Origin: Eledone cirrhosa | Taxonomy: Eukaryota | Direction of reading: 5' to 3' | Length of the DNA stretch: 64,000 nt | Assembly: GCA_964016885.1 (NCBI GenBank) | Contig: OZ024755.1 | Coordinates: 38,626,001-38,690,000 of the forward strand | Shown: positions 41,023-53,392 of the stretch, piece after piece | How the letters are laid out: each line of letters opens with the position of its first letter | How positions within the stretch are numbered: position 1 is the first letter of the stretch | Notes under the pieces: generated by a model | Databases searched by the model: none | What the model saw: the letters and a program-made list of their open reading frames with translations, nothing else | What the model was told of the DNA's origin: nothing | Position numbers and translations under genes: made by a program

Positions 41023-42367
41023 GATATTAAACAAATGGAAACTATATTTATAAAACCATATTTATTTCGTTATATATATTTCTGGGATATCATATTAAAA
41101 ATATGTTATGCCTTCCTCAGACAAAATACAATACATAAGCTGTTTTATAAATAATTAGTGACATACCTTGTAATAATGCAACTTCCTTTTAAAAAGTTGA
41201 TTTGGTAGTGAAACTGTTATGATAGTTATATAGAAAGAAAACGAAGATGAGAAGAAGAAGGTGAAGAGATGTATGTAAATAAAAAAGAAGAAGATGAAGA
41301 GATGTATGTAAAGAGAAAAGAGATGTATGTAAAGAAAAACAACGGAGCGAGATAGAGAGACAAGGATAGAGAGAAATACATTGATGGTGAAAAAAAACAA
41401 ACAACATAGTAGGCTGCTTTTTGACAGATGATCATCGTATATGTGAGAGGTTAAGGGAAGGGATACAGTTAGATTAGTGTATAGGAGAAAAAGAAAGAAA
41501 GATGATATATTTAAAATATATAAAAAATATATTATGTCTCATCCATTTGAATTATCAATTTTTATGAATTAGGCATTATAATGTAAATATCAGTATTCAT
41601 GAATGAGACACATATCTATAATGTGTAAAAAAAAGTGACCACATGCTCAGTTTAAAAATTCTTAGGTCTATAAGCAAAATCTGAGACAAAACTTCAAACA
41701 TAAGTATATATGCATTCTCGTGAAAAATGAGAAAAGAGAAGGTTATCTCAAATTCAAGTTGATAAATATAGACGCACAAGTGAACCTAGGTGATACGCTG
41801 CACTGATTCTTATATTTCATGAAAAACTTCAATGTGTCAGAAAAGAAAAACTTCAATGCGTTAGAAGAGATTCCACCCTACATACATTTACATACATATA
41901 TACATATATATAGACACAAAACATATAAGATATACATTAACATCTTAAATAATCATCGATCAAGCATAGAGTAGACAACAGATATCAATATTAAAATTAA
42001 AAACGCCAAGAATATCTTCGTCACTCCACAGAGTATCTAGGGACGCAAGAGAACATAGTATGCCACGCATATCGGTCATAGAATCAGAGTCAAAAGCAAA
42101 CAAGACCAAAATTGCTCACCAAGCCTTATTTATCAGAAATCATTCAAAACTTATTCTACAAATGCTCTTATATTTATTATAGAAGTTTATCCAGCTTAAA
42201 AATTTATTCAAAAGATTGGGACCAACGCCAATTTTAGGGTAGTTTATTTAATCTCATTAATTATATATTCATGCGGAAAGGTTTTAAAGAAATTGAAGGA
42301 ATCGAAAGATTTATCGCCAAGTATCACAAATAGTCAAATACCTTAAGTAAATATACTACATTTTATA

Positions 42368-43042
42368 CTACATTTTAAATTTATATTTATATTTAAATGT
42401 TGAGTTCAATCTATGTCTGCAACAGCTGAATAAATTGGTTCGTAAATTAAGGGAATTTTTAGATTTTAATATAAAGAATATCTCCTCCGCGCAGAGGTCA
42501 CAAGTCTCAGAAGAGGAATTAAAAGGAATCCCTTTTGAGACTATATTCCAAACCATCGAATATCCAACTTTATCATGCTTAAGTTGCCAGAGTAACCCTG
42601 ACAGCGATGTTGATGATTTTTTATTTGGATCCGTGAAAGAATTTTTGTGATTATTATAGCGAAGTTTAAATTCTGTCGAGGTGGAACCAACATAATTAAA
42701 AGAATTTAAATCAGTTCTAACATTACAGTTGTATATTATATTTTTAACTAAGCAATTGTTATTTAGCGGACATTTAGATCTATCTCCACAGTTACAGTTT
42801 TTTAGTTGAATATTGTTTAGGCTATTTTCGGTATTTTGGCTAGGTTTTAGATTCCTATTATTTATTCTATTAATATTTTGTGCTAAATTTTTGGTGGACG
42901 AGTACGTTAATTTTATAGTATGTCTATTAAAATTTGAGTGATACTTATGTGTTCTAGGGAAGCGTTTGTCAAGAGCATTAAAAAATAGTTTAGCGATGTG
43001 GGTTTTAATGTTTAGTGAGAAAGGGGGGGGGGGGCAAACCAT
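42368..43042 (-). CDS. GIY-YIG endonuclease part of the PLE polyprotein (continues 43012..44379 across a frameshift)
   Basis: CNCGDRSKCPLNNNC linker, NIIYNC..NYVGSTSTEFKLRYNNH, CDLCAEE, LN..SCCRH. Confidence 0.88.
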   Translation of the reverse strand: MVCPPPPFSLNIKTHIAKLFFNALDKRFPRTHKYHSNFNRHTIKLTYSSTKNLAQNINRINNRNLKPSQNTENSLNNIQLKNCNCGDRSKCPLNNNCLVKNIIYNCNVRTDLNSFNYVGSTSTEFKLRYNNHKNSFTDPNKKSSTSLSGLLWQLKHDKVGYSMVWNIVSKGIPFNSSSETCDLCAEEIFFILKSKNSLNLRTNLFSCCRHRLNSTFKYKYKFKM

Positions 43043-44379
43043 ATTATATTTCTAGTTCTATTTCTTTTCTGGTTTTTGAAATTATTGTAGTGCTTTCTAT
43101 TATAGTTAAAGTTGTTACTGTAATTAAAATTGTTGTTATTTTGGTTAGTTTGTCTATTATCGATGTACATAATTTTATCACTATATCCTGCTCTAGCTAA
43201 AGCATCATTATAATATTGGGCTTTTTCGTCAAAAATATTTTTATTGGAAGAGATTCTAGAGATACGTTTTTGAACAGAGTTTACTATAGTATTTTTGACA
43301 GATCTGGGGTGATTGGAGCTAAAATTGACATAATTCAAGTTTTCATTTAACTTGTGAAATGGATAGTGAAGACATGTGTTGAGATTAAATGTTACGTCTA
43401 GGAAATTGACTATTCTATGGTTATTCTCAATTTCTATTTTTAGATTAAGGTAATTAAAAAATTGTATAATTTGTTTTCTTTTCTTATTTAGTTCAGAGTT
43501 ATTATTTTCAATAAGTAAAAGCATGTCATCTCTATATAAACCTCCGGTAACACCGGGTATTTTCCTATGCAGCGAATTAATTATAAATAGGCCCACAAGG
43601 TCCGTTACCTGAGCTGAGTCTGATGATCCCATAGTAATGTCAAAATTATTATCTCTATCTGCCCTAGTCCATAGTTGGTTATTAAATTCTATCAAAGTTT
43701 TCCTTGCCGATAATATAATGTGCATTTCATTGCTAGTTAGGTCTGTATGCTTGAATGCGTAATTTAGTGCCTTATTAAGTAGATTAGGGGTAATGGATGA
43801 ATAGTAGTTAGCAATATCTAGTTGAATAAATTTATTATTATTGTTATATTTAATTTCATTAAACCACTCAATGACCTCCCCAGTACCCTTCCACAAGGTC
43901 AAGCCAGGTAAACAATTCAAGTCCTTAATTTGCTGTATCACTCTGTCTAGAATGTTCTTGCTAAGTTTACCCAGGTCAGATTTTGATGGTGCAGTCAACC
44001 TGACTGGCAAGTCATTTTCAAAATTTCTCTTGTGATCTTTCATATTGATCTTGGGTTTCCTAGGCACGAAAGGTTGTGTTTTGTTCTCAATTTCCAACTC
44101 ATGCATTATACATGATGCCTCAACATTCATTTTCTCAAGTTCAGCCTTATCTGCTACCTTGTACTTTTTCCTTAGTTCTTTCAGTATGAGGCCATTATAC
44201 ATGTCTTTTTCCACTCCATAGAGGTTGTTGGTTTTGTCCGATTTCACCAAGATCTTCTCTGTTCTCTCTAAGCTCGCAATGTTATCCTTAATGCTTTTCA
44301 GATATTCCTGGCCATTGAAGCTTCTCTTGAATCTGACTCCTTGTATGATAGAAATTATATCGTTTTCAAAATCATTCAT
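43012..44379 (-). CDS. PLE reverse transcriptase (N-terminally truncated)
   Basis: SDKTNNLY, MKDHK, FIQLDIANYYSSI, FDITMGSSDSAQ, GLYRDD, NFLDVT, SNHP. Confidence 0.92.
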   Translation of the reverse strand: MNDFENDIISIIQGVRFKRSFNGQEYLKSIKDNIASLERTEKILVKSDKTNNLYGVEKDMYNGLILKELRKKYKVADKAELEKMNVEASCIMHELEIENKTQPFVPRKPKINMKDHKRNFENDLPVRLTAPSKSDLGKLSKNILDRVIQQIKDLNCLPGLTLWKGTGEVIEWFNEIKYNNNNKFIQLDIANYYSSITPNLLNKALNYAFKHTDLTSNEMHIILSARKTLIEFNNQLWTRADRDNNFDITMGSSDSAQVTDLVGLFIINSLHRKIPGVTGGLYRDDMLLLIENNNSELNKKRKQIIQFFNYLNLKIEIENNHRIVNFLDVTFNLNTCLHYPFHKLNENLNYVNFSSNHPRSVKNTIVNSVQKRISRISSNKNIFDEKAQYYNDALARAGYSDKIMYIDNRQTNQNNNNFNYSNNFNYNRKHYNNFKNQKRNRTRNIIWFAPPPLSH

Positions 44380-45109
44380 TTTTTTTTACACATTATAGAT
44401 ATGTGTCTCATTCATGAATACTGATATTTACATTATAATGCCTAATTCATAAAAATTGATAATTCAAATGGATGAGACATAATATATTTTTTATATATTT
44501 TAAATATATCATCTTTCTTTCTTTTTCTCCTATACACTAATCTAACTGTATCCCTTCCCTTAACCTCTCACATATACGATGATCATCTGTCAAAAAGCAG
44601 CCTACTATGTTGTTTGTTTTTTTTCACCATCAATGTATTTCTCTCTATCCTTGTCTCTCTATCTCGCTCCGTTGTTTTTCTTTACATACATCTCTTTTCT
44701 CTTTACATACATCTCTTCATCTTCTTCTTTTTTATTTACATACATCTCTTCACCTTCTTCTTCTCATCTTCGTTTTCTTTCTATATAACTATCATAACAG
44801 TTTCACTACCAAATCAACTTTTTAAAAGGAAGTTGCATTATTACAAGGTATGTCACTAATTATTTATAAAACAGCTTATGTATTGTATTTTGTCTGAGGA
44901 AGGCATAACATATTTTTAATATGATATCCCAGAAATATATATAACGAAATAAATATGGTTTTATAAATATAGTTTCCATTTGTTTAATATCGTAAACCTA
45001 CTCCAGAAACTGTCGAGTGCTTTTATATCAGTTATAAAATATTTACTCGTTGTAACCCAACAATCTTAAATAAAACTTTTGCATATATATATATATATAT
45101 ATATATGCA

Positions 45110-45290
45110 ATGTCTCAGGAAAGAATCGCTGAATAGATTTTACGGGCTACGGGCATAACCAACCGGAAAGAGACCCAGGGGTAGACCCAGAGCAAGATAA
45201 TTGGGTAACGTCCATTGGCTGGTCACGCTTGGGGAGCCAGCTGGAGATGGTTGCTTCTGACGGGACCGTCTCAAGAAGAAGAAGAAGAAG

Positions 45291-45320
<30 letters not shown>
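45110..45320 (+). mobile_element. RTE-like LINE 3' end with (GAA)n tail
   Basis: MSQERIAE*ILRA..PTGKRPRGRPRAR..LEMVASD followed by (gaa)n. Confidence 0.7.
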
Positions 45321-45323
<3 letters not shown>

Positions 45324-46363
45324 AGCCATTTGTTTTTGACGATGAAAAGTCGGGCAGAGCAACTGAAATTGGAGAAGAAGTCACAGGAAATACAAAAAAG
45401 TCATCCTTTCTCATTGAAACAATTCGAGAACTTTTGTTTTTCGACTTAACATCAACGTAGGACAAATTCTGAGGCATTGTGGCATTGGAAACCTGAGTTT
45501 GTGGTTCGTGACAAAGTTTTTGATATGTGAAATGTGTGACAACCGACGTCGGACTTGTGAAAATATCTTCAACATTGTGAATATGTATGGTTCCACATTT
45601 ATTGGAAATATTGTCACCACTGATGGGACTCCTATTAATCAATTCCTTCCTACGAATAATGGAAACTTCTAAATGAAACCCCATCAAAACAATTGAGAAG
45701 TGAAACAAGTCATCAATGTGCATAGATTATCACAGTTTTCTGAGATTAACACGGCATTGTGTAAATTGTTTTGCTGATAGAAACCCCAAAGGGAGCTAAA
45801 CCTTAACAGTTGGAACCAGAAACAACATGGATTTTTCCAGTTTTAACATCCAATCGAACGGTAATTTTTTGTAAGAGACGAGATTTCATCTTTGAATGAA
45901 CTTTGATGCGTTTCAACTATTTATTTTGATGATTTCTAGTTCAACAAGAGAAATCTAACCATGTAATATTACACAACATGAACCGTTTTTTAAAATCATG
46001 CACTAAAAATTGTAAACACAAGTGATGAATTAAAACAAAAATATCTTTTGTTTACCTGTAAGGTCTTAAGGACGTTCGAAAAAGGTTAAAACATTTAGCA
46101 ATTATTTTCATATTTCCCCACTTCTTATTAAACGCACCACACACACACACACACACACCCATATATATATATATTTAGGGAGGGACATGCTTCAATATTG
46201 CCAGAAATATATTGATTTTCATATAAAAAATCATGCAAAACCAATTCATATATATATAAAACCACAACTGAATACTAACCCATACAATTACTAATACTCT
46301 TTTATTCCTAATTAAACCATTTTTCAACTGTGAACAATTTGTCAGCATTTTCTATTCCGTTTA

Positions 46364-46427
<64 letters not shown>

Positions 46428-46432
<5 letters not shown>

Positions 46433-46611
46433 GTTTCTACTTTTGGCACAAGGCCAGAAATTAACAGTACATTACTGGTACTTTATTTTATCGTCCCCAT
46501 AAGGATGAAAGGCAAAGTTGACCTCGGCGGGATTTGAACTCAGAATAGAAAGGGCCGTAACTCTATGCATCAAAGCATGACGTCCGACCCTCTACCGATA
46601 CTGCCAATCCA
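46428..46611 (-). mobile_element. SINE S1
   Basis: Near-full match. Confidence 0.9.
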
Positions 46612-47138
46612 CTAACGTCTGATCGAGAGCTTTATTCGGTTTGTGGAAAGGAATTCATTCCTTTGTTCAAAATTTAAATTTTGACCGCCAAAAACCGGGG
46701 CTCGCCTCCCTTTGGGAAAACCATGTGACCGCCAGCAGTGTTAGTGCTAAAACTCACACCCGGCAGCGGCAGAGAACGGATACCTGTTGAGAAAGTGAAA
46801 CCTCTGTTCGATCTTCCAAAACCAATAACTTGGATACACCGCAAGTGGATTTTGTTGATTTCGAATTCACAGAAACCTAGCGGAGATATTGCTTAATATC
46901 GACGCGATGGCCCAGGTTTGTCAAATTATCCTGAGTCGGTTTTCTCGTTGCTTTGGTCCTTGCGGCTGGCTTACCGGTCGCAGTCTTCAATTTGCCAAGC
47001 TGTCTAAACGTAATGTTATTACTCTAAGGTAAAATACCTTATTGAGTGCTTAGCTGCACATTCCGATTGCATTCGTTAGCTTAGCTGCAGCCAGAGCTTC
47101 GATTATGCTGAACTTCCATCTGTATATATATACATATA

Positions 47139-47190
<52 letters not shown>

Positions 47191-47194
<4 letters not shown>

Positions 47195-47494
47195 AACCAG
47201 TAAGACCCCGACAGCTGAGCTCAAGCCGTTTCGACGGCTAATTCTGGACTAAATGAAAATTTATATATATATATATATATATATGAAAATTTATATATAT
47301 ATATAACGAAGGAAATGTGGTAAGGAACCAGGTGGACCATAACGCACCAAAGTACTCAATACTTGGCGTAGTAGAGTGGGTAATAGGAACCAGTAAGACC
47401 CCGACAGCTGAGCTCAAGCCGTTTCGACGGCTAATGCGTCCAGAATTAGCCGTCGAAACGGCTTGAGCTCAGCTGTCGGGGTCTTCCTGGTTCC

Positions 47495-47563
<69 letters not shown>

Positions 47564-47748
47564 CAAAGAAGGTGTGGTAAGGAACCAGGTGGAGCATAAC
47601 GCACCAGAGTACTCGATACCTTGGGTAGTAGAGAGGGTAATAGGAAAAGAGTCACGACCCCGACAGCTGGCCTCCAGCCGTTTCGACAGTTAGACCCTAT
47701 TATGGTCCGTTATGGTCCATCTGGTTCCTTACCACACTTTCTTCGTTT
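47191..47748. mobile_element. Cluster of family E arms, including palindrome 47305-47496
   Basis: The palindrome axis lies in hammerhead stem II (gacggctaat..attagccgtc). Confidence 0.75.
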
Positions 47749-47755
47749 ATGTATT

Positions 47756-47787
<32 letters not shown>

Positions 47788-47791
<4 letters not shown>

Positions 47792-48116
47792 TAAAAGGAA
47801 AAGAAAATGGTGACAAATTTTTCCCAGTGAAAAATAGTATAAATTAGTAATAAGTATTAGTTAGTATTCAGTTTTAGTTTTAAGTTTTTACCGGTTGCGC
47901 ATTTCTAATGCTTTTCAAAAATAATTTTGAGATAGAGCGCCCGTGATGTTTGCTCTAATCTAACCGGTAAAAACTTAAAACTAAAACTGAATACTAACCA
48001 ATACTTATTACTAATTTTTACTTATTCCTAATTAAACTATTTTTCACTGGAAAAAATTTGTCACCATTTTCTTTTCCTTTTACTAATATATCACAACTCG
48101 TGTGTAACACCTCTAT

Positions 48117-48122
<6 letters not shown>
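47788..48122. mobile_element. Family J palindrome; degenerate U3-A8 hammerhead at 47886-47921 (-)
   Basis: RC ttt TTGAAAA gcatt aga aatgc GCAA ccgg TA aaa; related arms at 17810-17926 and 46260-46368. Confidence 0.7.
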
Positions 48123-48170
<48 letters not shown>

Positions 48171-48224
48171 ATTTAAAACTGCACTATTCACAAGTGTTTT
48201 TTTAACCTTCATATCATGTCTTCC

Positions 48225-48295
48225 TATTTTATCTGATGAAAACACAAATGTTATTGCATGATGATATTTGTTTTTGAAATGCGCATAATAAAATA
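48225..48295 (+). ncRNA. Type I hammerhead (family H, tail-less arm)
   Basis: Same motif as 19668-19738. Confidence 0.85.
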
Positions 48296-48325
48296 CATGG
48301 AACTCCTTTAACCATCTTTTGATCT

Positions 48326-48420
<95 letters not shown>

Positions 48421-48572
48421 TAGATAGATATATAGATAGTTATTTCTGTATACATACAAAGTGTGTAACCGAGACTGCACCAATGTGTATATAAATATAC
48501 ATATTTTAATATGGCGGCATGTAGACATGCCAGAAAATACGAACCTCCCTGTAAATTGAAAGAATGTTAAAC

Positions 48573-48617
48573 ACCTCTAATCGATTTTCGGACCGAATTG
48601 ATCCCTCATCAGAAGAC
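48573..48617 (-). ncRNA. Type I hammerhead motif
   Basis: RC gtctt CTGATGA gggatc aattc ggtcc GAAA atcgat TA gaggt. Confidence 0.75.
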
Positions 48618-48696
48618 ATGTATGACACGGAAACTATAAAGAAGAGAAATGTGTTTGGTGGATTCATATATTCATTCCCTCTTACACGCACGCACG

Positions 48697-48765
<69 letters not shown>

Positions 48766-48781
48766 TAAAATAACAAATTAA

Positions 48782-48832
48782 AGTTTAAGCAAAGAATCGC
48801 TGCTTTCACCCTTAACGGGATCTTCTGAAACT
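48782..48832 (-). ncRNA. Hammerhead-like motif with CAGAAGA core (family G)
   Basis: RC agttt CAGAAGA tccc gttaa gggt GAAA gca gcgattctt tgc TT aaact. Confidence 0.6.
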
Positions 48833-48887
48833 ATCCTTATGGAGCCCTCTTCGGATTTTAGTCTTCACATTTATTATTATTACTATA

Positions 48888-48996
48888 TAAATCCCGCCGA
48901 GGTTAACTTTGCCTTTCATCCTTACGGGATCGATAAAATAAAGTACCAGTAATGCACTGGGTAATTGCTGGCCTTGTGCCTAAAGTAGAAACAATT
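48888..48996 (+). mobile_element. SINE S1, 5'-truncated
   Basis: 3' half match. Confidence 0.85.
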
Positions 48997-49100
48997 ACTA
49001 TATATATATATTTTCTTTCCGGGTTTTTTTTTTTACTACAAACTATCTTTTATTTTCTGCATCTATCCTCTATGATCCTGTCTCTACATCTCTACATCTA

Positions 49101-49237
49101 TGTGATAACTGAGGAAGGAGGGTGTGATAACTGAGGAAGGAGGGTGTGATAACTGAGGAAGGAGGGTGTGATAACTGAGGAAGGAGGGTGTGATAACTGA
49201 GGAAGGAGGGTGTGATAACTGAGGAAGGAGGGTGTGA
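49101..49237. repeat. 22-bp tandem repeat x6 (tgtgataactgaggaaggaggg)
   Basis: Perfect tandem copies. Confidence 0.95.
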
Positions 49238-49504
49238 GAAATGATAGAAGTACAGCGTTCTAAGATTTGTCACAGCTGTGTGTTTGTATGTTTGTATTAC
49301 TTGTGTGGGTGAGCACGAAAGAACCAATCAACCAACCAATCAATCAACAAACAAACATCTCTTTTTTATATTATGCATAGATGTTACACTTATCCCTCAT
49401 TTTTGATGGCACGGGAGCCAGCTAGTATATTATAACATTTAAGGAATGGTATCAAGATTGATATGTGAAATAAAAGTGTGATGTAACAATAGGAAGTAAA
49501 ATAT

Positions 49505-49778
49505 AATTGTTTCTACTTTAGGCACAAGGCCAGCAATTATCTCAGTGCATTACTGGTACTTTATTTTATCGACCCCGTAAGGATGAAAGGCAAAGTTAAC
49601 CTCGGCGGGATTTGAACTCAGAATGGCACGGACCATAACTCTATGCGTCAAAGCCAATAATAATTGTTTCTACTTTAGGCACAAGGCCAGCAATTACCCA
49701 GTACATTACTGGTATTTATTTTATCGACCCCGTAAGGATGGATGAAAGGCAAAGTCAACCTCGGTGGGATTTGAACTC
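49505..49778 (-). mobile_element. Dimer of truncated SINE S1 inside one 18-bp TSD
   Basis: ataggaagtaaaatataa at 49489-49506 and 49779-49796. Confidence 0.85.
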
Positions 49779-50101
49779 ATAGGAAGTAAAATATAAAATA
49801 GTGTGGTGAAGTTTTAGTGTGTTATACTTAATTGTCAGACAAGAGGTACCAATGCTATGAAAGTATAACGTAGTACAATAATAGTATTACTATTAGTAAT
49901 CGTATTTCTACTAATAGTGGTAGGCTAGCTATAGAACAAGGGTTCTCTCTCTCACGTACGTCCATACTATATGATCTGGTGCCACCCGAACGTACATCCA
50001 TAGACGTGCGTCCGTGTGCATATGTAGAAATTAGGTACACACCTGTCTACATCCCAGATCTGTACACAGGTGTCTAATCTATGAGCATACACTGTGAATA
50101 C

Positions 50102-51422
50102 GTACCCGTACATGCACATTGATCGATCAATATGTATGCATATATATAGGTACCCGTACATGCACATTGATCGATCAATATGTATGCATATATATAGGTA
50201 CCCGTACATGCTTATTGATCGATCAATATGTATGCATATATAGGTACCCGTACATGCACATTGATCGATCAATATGTATGCATATATATAGGTACCCGTA
50301 CATGCTTATTGATCGATCAATATGTATGCATATATAGGTACCCGTACATGCACATTGATCGATCAATATGTATGCATATATATAGGTACCCGTACATGCT
50401 TATTGATCGATCAATATGTATGCATATATAGGTTCCCTGTACATGCACATTGATCGATCAATGTGTATGCATATATAGGTACCCGTACATGCACATTGAT
50501 CGATCAATGTGTATGCATATATAGGTACCCGTACATGTACATTGATCGATCAATATGTATGCATATATAGGTACCCGTACATGCACATTGATCGATCAAT
50601 GTGTATTCATATATATATAGGTACCCGTACATACACATTGATCGATCAATGTTTATGCATATATAGGTACCCGTACATGCACATTGATCGATCAATATGT
50701 ATACATATATAGGTACCCGTACATGCACATTGATCGATCAATGTGTATGCATATATAGGTACCCGTACATGCACATTGATCGATCAATGTGTATGCATAT
50801 ATAGGTACCCGTACATGCACATTGATCGATCAACATGTATGCATATATAGGTACCCGTACATGCACATTGATCGATCAATAATCAACATGTATGCATATA
50901 TAGGTACCCGTACATGCACATTGATCGATCAATAATCAATATGTAAGCATATATAGGTACCCGTACATACACATTGATCGATCAATGTGTATGCATATAT
51001 AGGTACCCGTACATGCACATTGATCGATCAACATGTATGCATATATAGGTACCCGTACATGCACATTGATCGATCAACATGTATGCATATATAGGTACCC
51101 GTACATGCACATTGATCGATCAATAATCAACATGTATGCATATATAGGTACCCGTACATGCACATTGATCGATCAACATGTATGCATATATAGGTACCCG
51201 TACATGTATATTGATCGATCAATATGTATGCATATATAGGTACCCGTACATACAGATTGATCGATCAACATGTATGCATATATAGGTACCCGTACATGTA
51301 CATTGATCGATCAACATGTATGCATATATAGGTACCTGTACATACACATTGATCGATCAACATGTATGCATATATAGGTACCCGTACATGCACATTGATC
51401 GATCAACATGTATGCATATATA
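50102..51422. repeat. 46-48-bp palindromic minisatellite, ~28 copies
   Basis: ggtacccgtacatgcacattgatcgatcaatgtgtatgcatatata. Confidence 0.95.
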
Positions 51423-51987
51423 GGGACCCACATAGAACCCAGGTGGGTACACAGTGGCCTAATCCGAGGACACAGACTATCCCCATGTATCCATATGTGC
51501 ACACATATACAGCAACCCATGCACATATACAAACATACACACATACACACGTGTAGACATGTATATATTCATATAAGTACATACAGGCGTAGGCACACAA
51601 CACATATATACCCAGCACATAACCACACATATATATGTACATATACATACATATATATACATATGCACGTGTAGACATGTATATATTCATATACGTACAT
51701 ACAGGCGTAGGCACACATCACATATATACACAGCACATAACCACACATATATATGTACATATACATACATATATATATATACACACGTGTAGACATGTAT
51801 ATATTTATATAAGTAAATACAAACGTAGGCACACATCACATATATACACAGCACATAACCACACATATATATGTACACATACATACATATATATATATAA
51901 ATATATAAATATACACATACGCATACATATGTCGATATGGACACACACAGACAGACGCCTACTTCCTATACATACACACACGTGCAC

Positions 51988-52021
<34 letters not shown>

Positions 52022-52026
<5 letters not shown>

Positions 52027-52213
52027 GTTATTCCGGGTTGAATCGGAGGTAACCACAGTAAGTAAGGTACTCAATACATTGCAGAGTATAAAAGTTTTAA
52101 TATAGATGAGATTCTACAGGACTAGAACTGTTTCATTCTTTAGAAATCATCATTTTGATTTCTAAAGAATGAAACAGTTCTAGTCCTGTAGAATCTCATC
52201 TATATTAAAACTT
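52022..52213. mobile_element. Family F asymmetric palindrome
   Basis: Arms meet at the hammerhead core (~52150); tail on the left arm. Confidence 0.78.
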
Positions 52214-52227
52214 ATATATATATATAT

Positions 52228-52564
52228 GCAAAAGTTTTATTTAAAATTGTTGGGTTACAACAAGTAAATATTTTATAACCGATATAAAGCACTCAACAAG
52301 TTTTTGGAGTAGATATACGATAGTAAACAAATGGAAACTATATTTATAAAACCATATTTATTTCATTATACATATTTCAGGGATATTCAGCTTCCTACCA
52401 TAATGGTGGCTTATATTTATGGTACGTCAAAATTATTTATAAAACAGTTTATATATTGTATTTTATCTGACGAAGGCATGCCATATTTTTAATATGGTAT
52501 CCCTGAAATATGTATAATGAAATAAATATGGTTTTATAAATATAGTTTCCATTTGTTTACTATC

Positions 52565-52567
<3 letters not shown>
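52228..52567. mobile_element. Family A asymmetric palindrome; hammerhead at 52459-52524 (+)
   Basis: tattttat CTGACGA aggcatgccatat tttta atatggtatccct GAAA tatgta TA atgaaata. Confidence 0.85.
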
Positions 52568-52605
<38 letters not shown>

Positions 52606-52795
52606 TATTTATATATATATATATACACACACATATTTATATATATATATATATACACACACACAGATACACACACACACATATACACACGCATGTATAC
52701 ACCAAAACATACAAATAAAGACACAACCCAACATGTTTAGATGAGGATATATATTTGCAGGGTTACTGATAGTAGTTAATAATAACAATAATACA

Positions 52796-53014
52796 TTCTA
52801 CTATAGGCCAGTAATTTGGGAAAGTCGATTAAATTGACCCCCAGTACATTACTGGTACTTTATTTTATTGACCCCGTTAGGATGAAAGGTAAAGTTAACC
52901 TCGGCGGGATTTGAACTCAGACCATAAAGGGCCGTAACTCTATGCTGAAAAGCATGGCCTCCGACCCTCTAGCGATACTGCCAATCCACTGCCCTCTATA
53001 ATAATAATAATAAC

Positions 53015-53067
<53 letters not shown>

Positions 53068-53338
53068 TGTTTCTACTTTTTGGCACAAGGCCAGCAATTA
53101 CCCAGTACATTATTGGTACTTTATTTTATCGACCCCGTAAGGATGAAAGGCAAAGTTAACCTCGGCGGGATTTGAACTCAGATCATAAAGGGACGTAACT
53201 CTATGCTTCAAAGCATGGCGTCCGACCCTCTACCGATACTGCCAATCCACAATAATAATAATTGTTTCTACTTTTGGCACAAGGCCAGCAAATACCCAGT
53301 GCATTACTGGTACTTTATTTTATCGACCCCGTAAGGAT
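52796..53338 (-). mobile_element. Three SINE S1 copies separated by (AAT)n
   Basis: ~52796-52995, 53063-53250, 53258-53338. Confidence 0.88.
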
Positions 53339-53392
53339 AATAATAATAAAGGATTTGGAACTGCCATGAAGTCAAAGTTAACCATACACATC

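Larger units (their letters stand above)
41020..45083 (-). mobile_element. Penelope-like retroelement with ~615-bp inverted pseudo-LTRs, inserted in (TA)n
   Basis: 41020-41634 is the RC of 44380-44994; RT-EN ORF lies between; hammerheads at 41063-41128 (-) and 44886-44951 (+); tail at 44995-45083. Confidence 0.93.

Noticed and set aside
41155-44859. Identical small ORF pairs at 41155-41435 and 44579-44859, and at 19617/48018 and 11056/27603
   Set aside because: By-products of repeated non-coding pLTR sequence
45271-45723. 150-aa ORF as a host gene
   Set aside because: No recognisable motif; ends in a (TCT)n tail; unsupported
49101-49237. Tandem hammerheads (CTGAGGA in every unit)
   Set aside because: No stem II or GAAA
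50102-51422. Palindromic repeats resembling CRISPR direct repeats
   Set aside because: Intervening sequence is also repeated; no spacers
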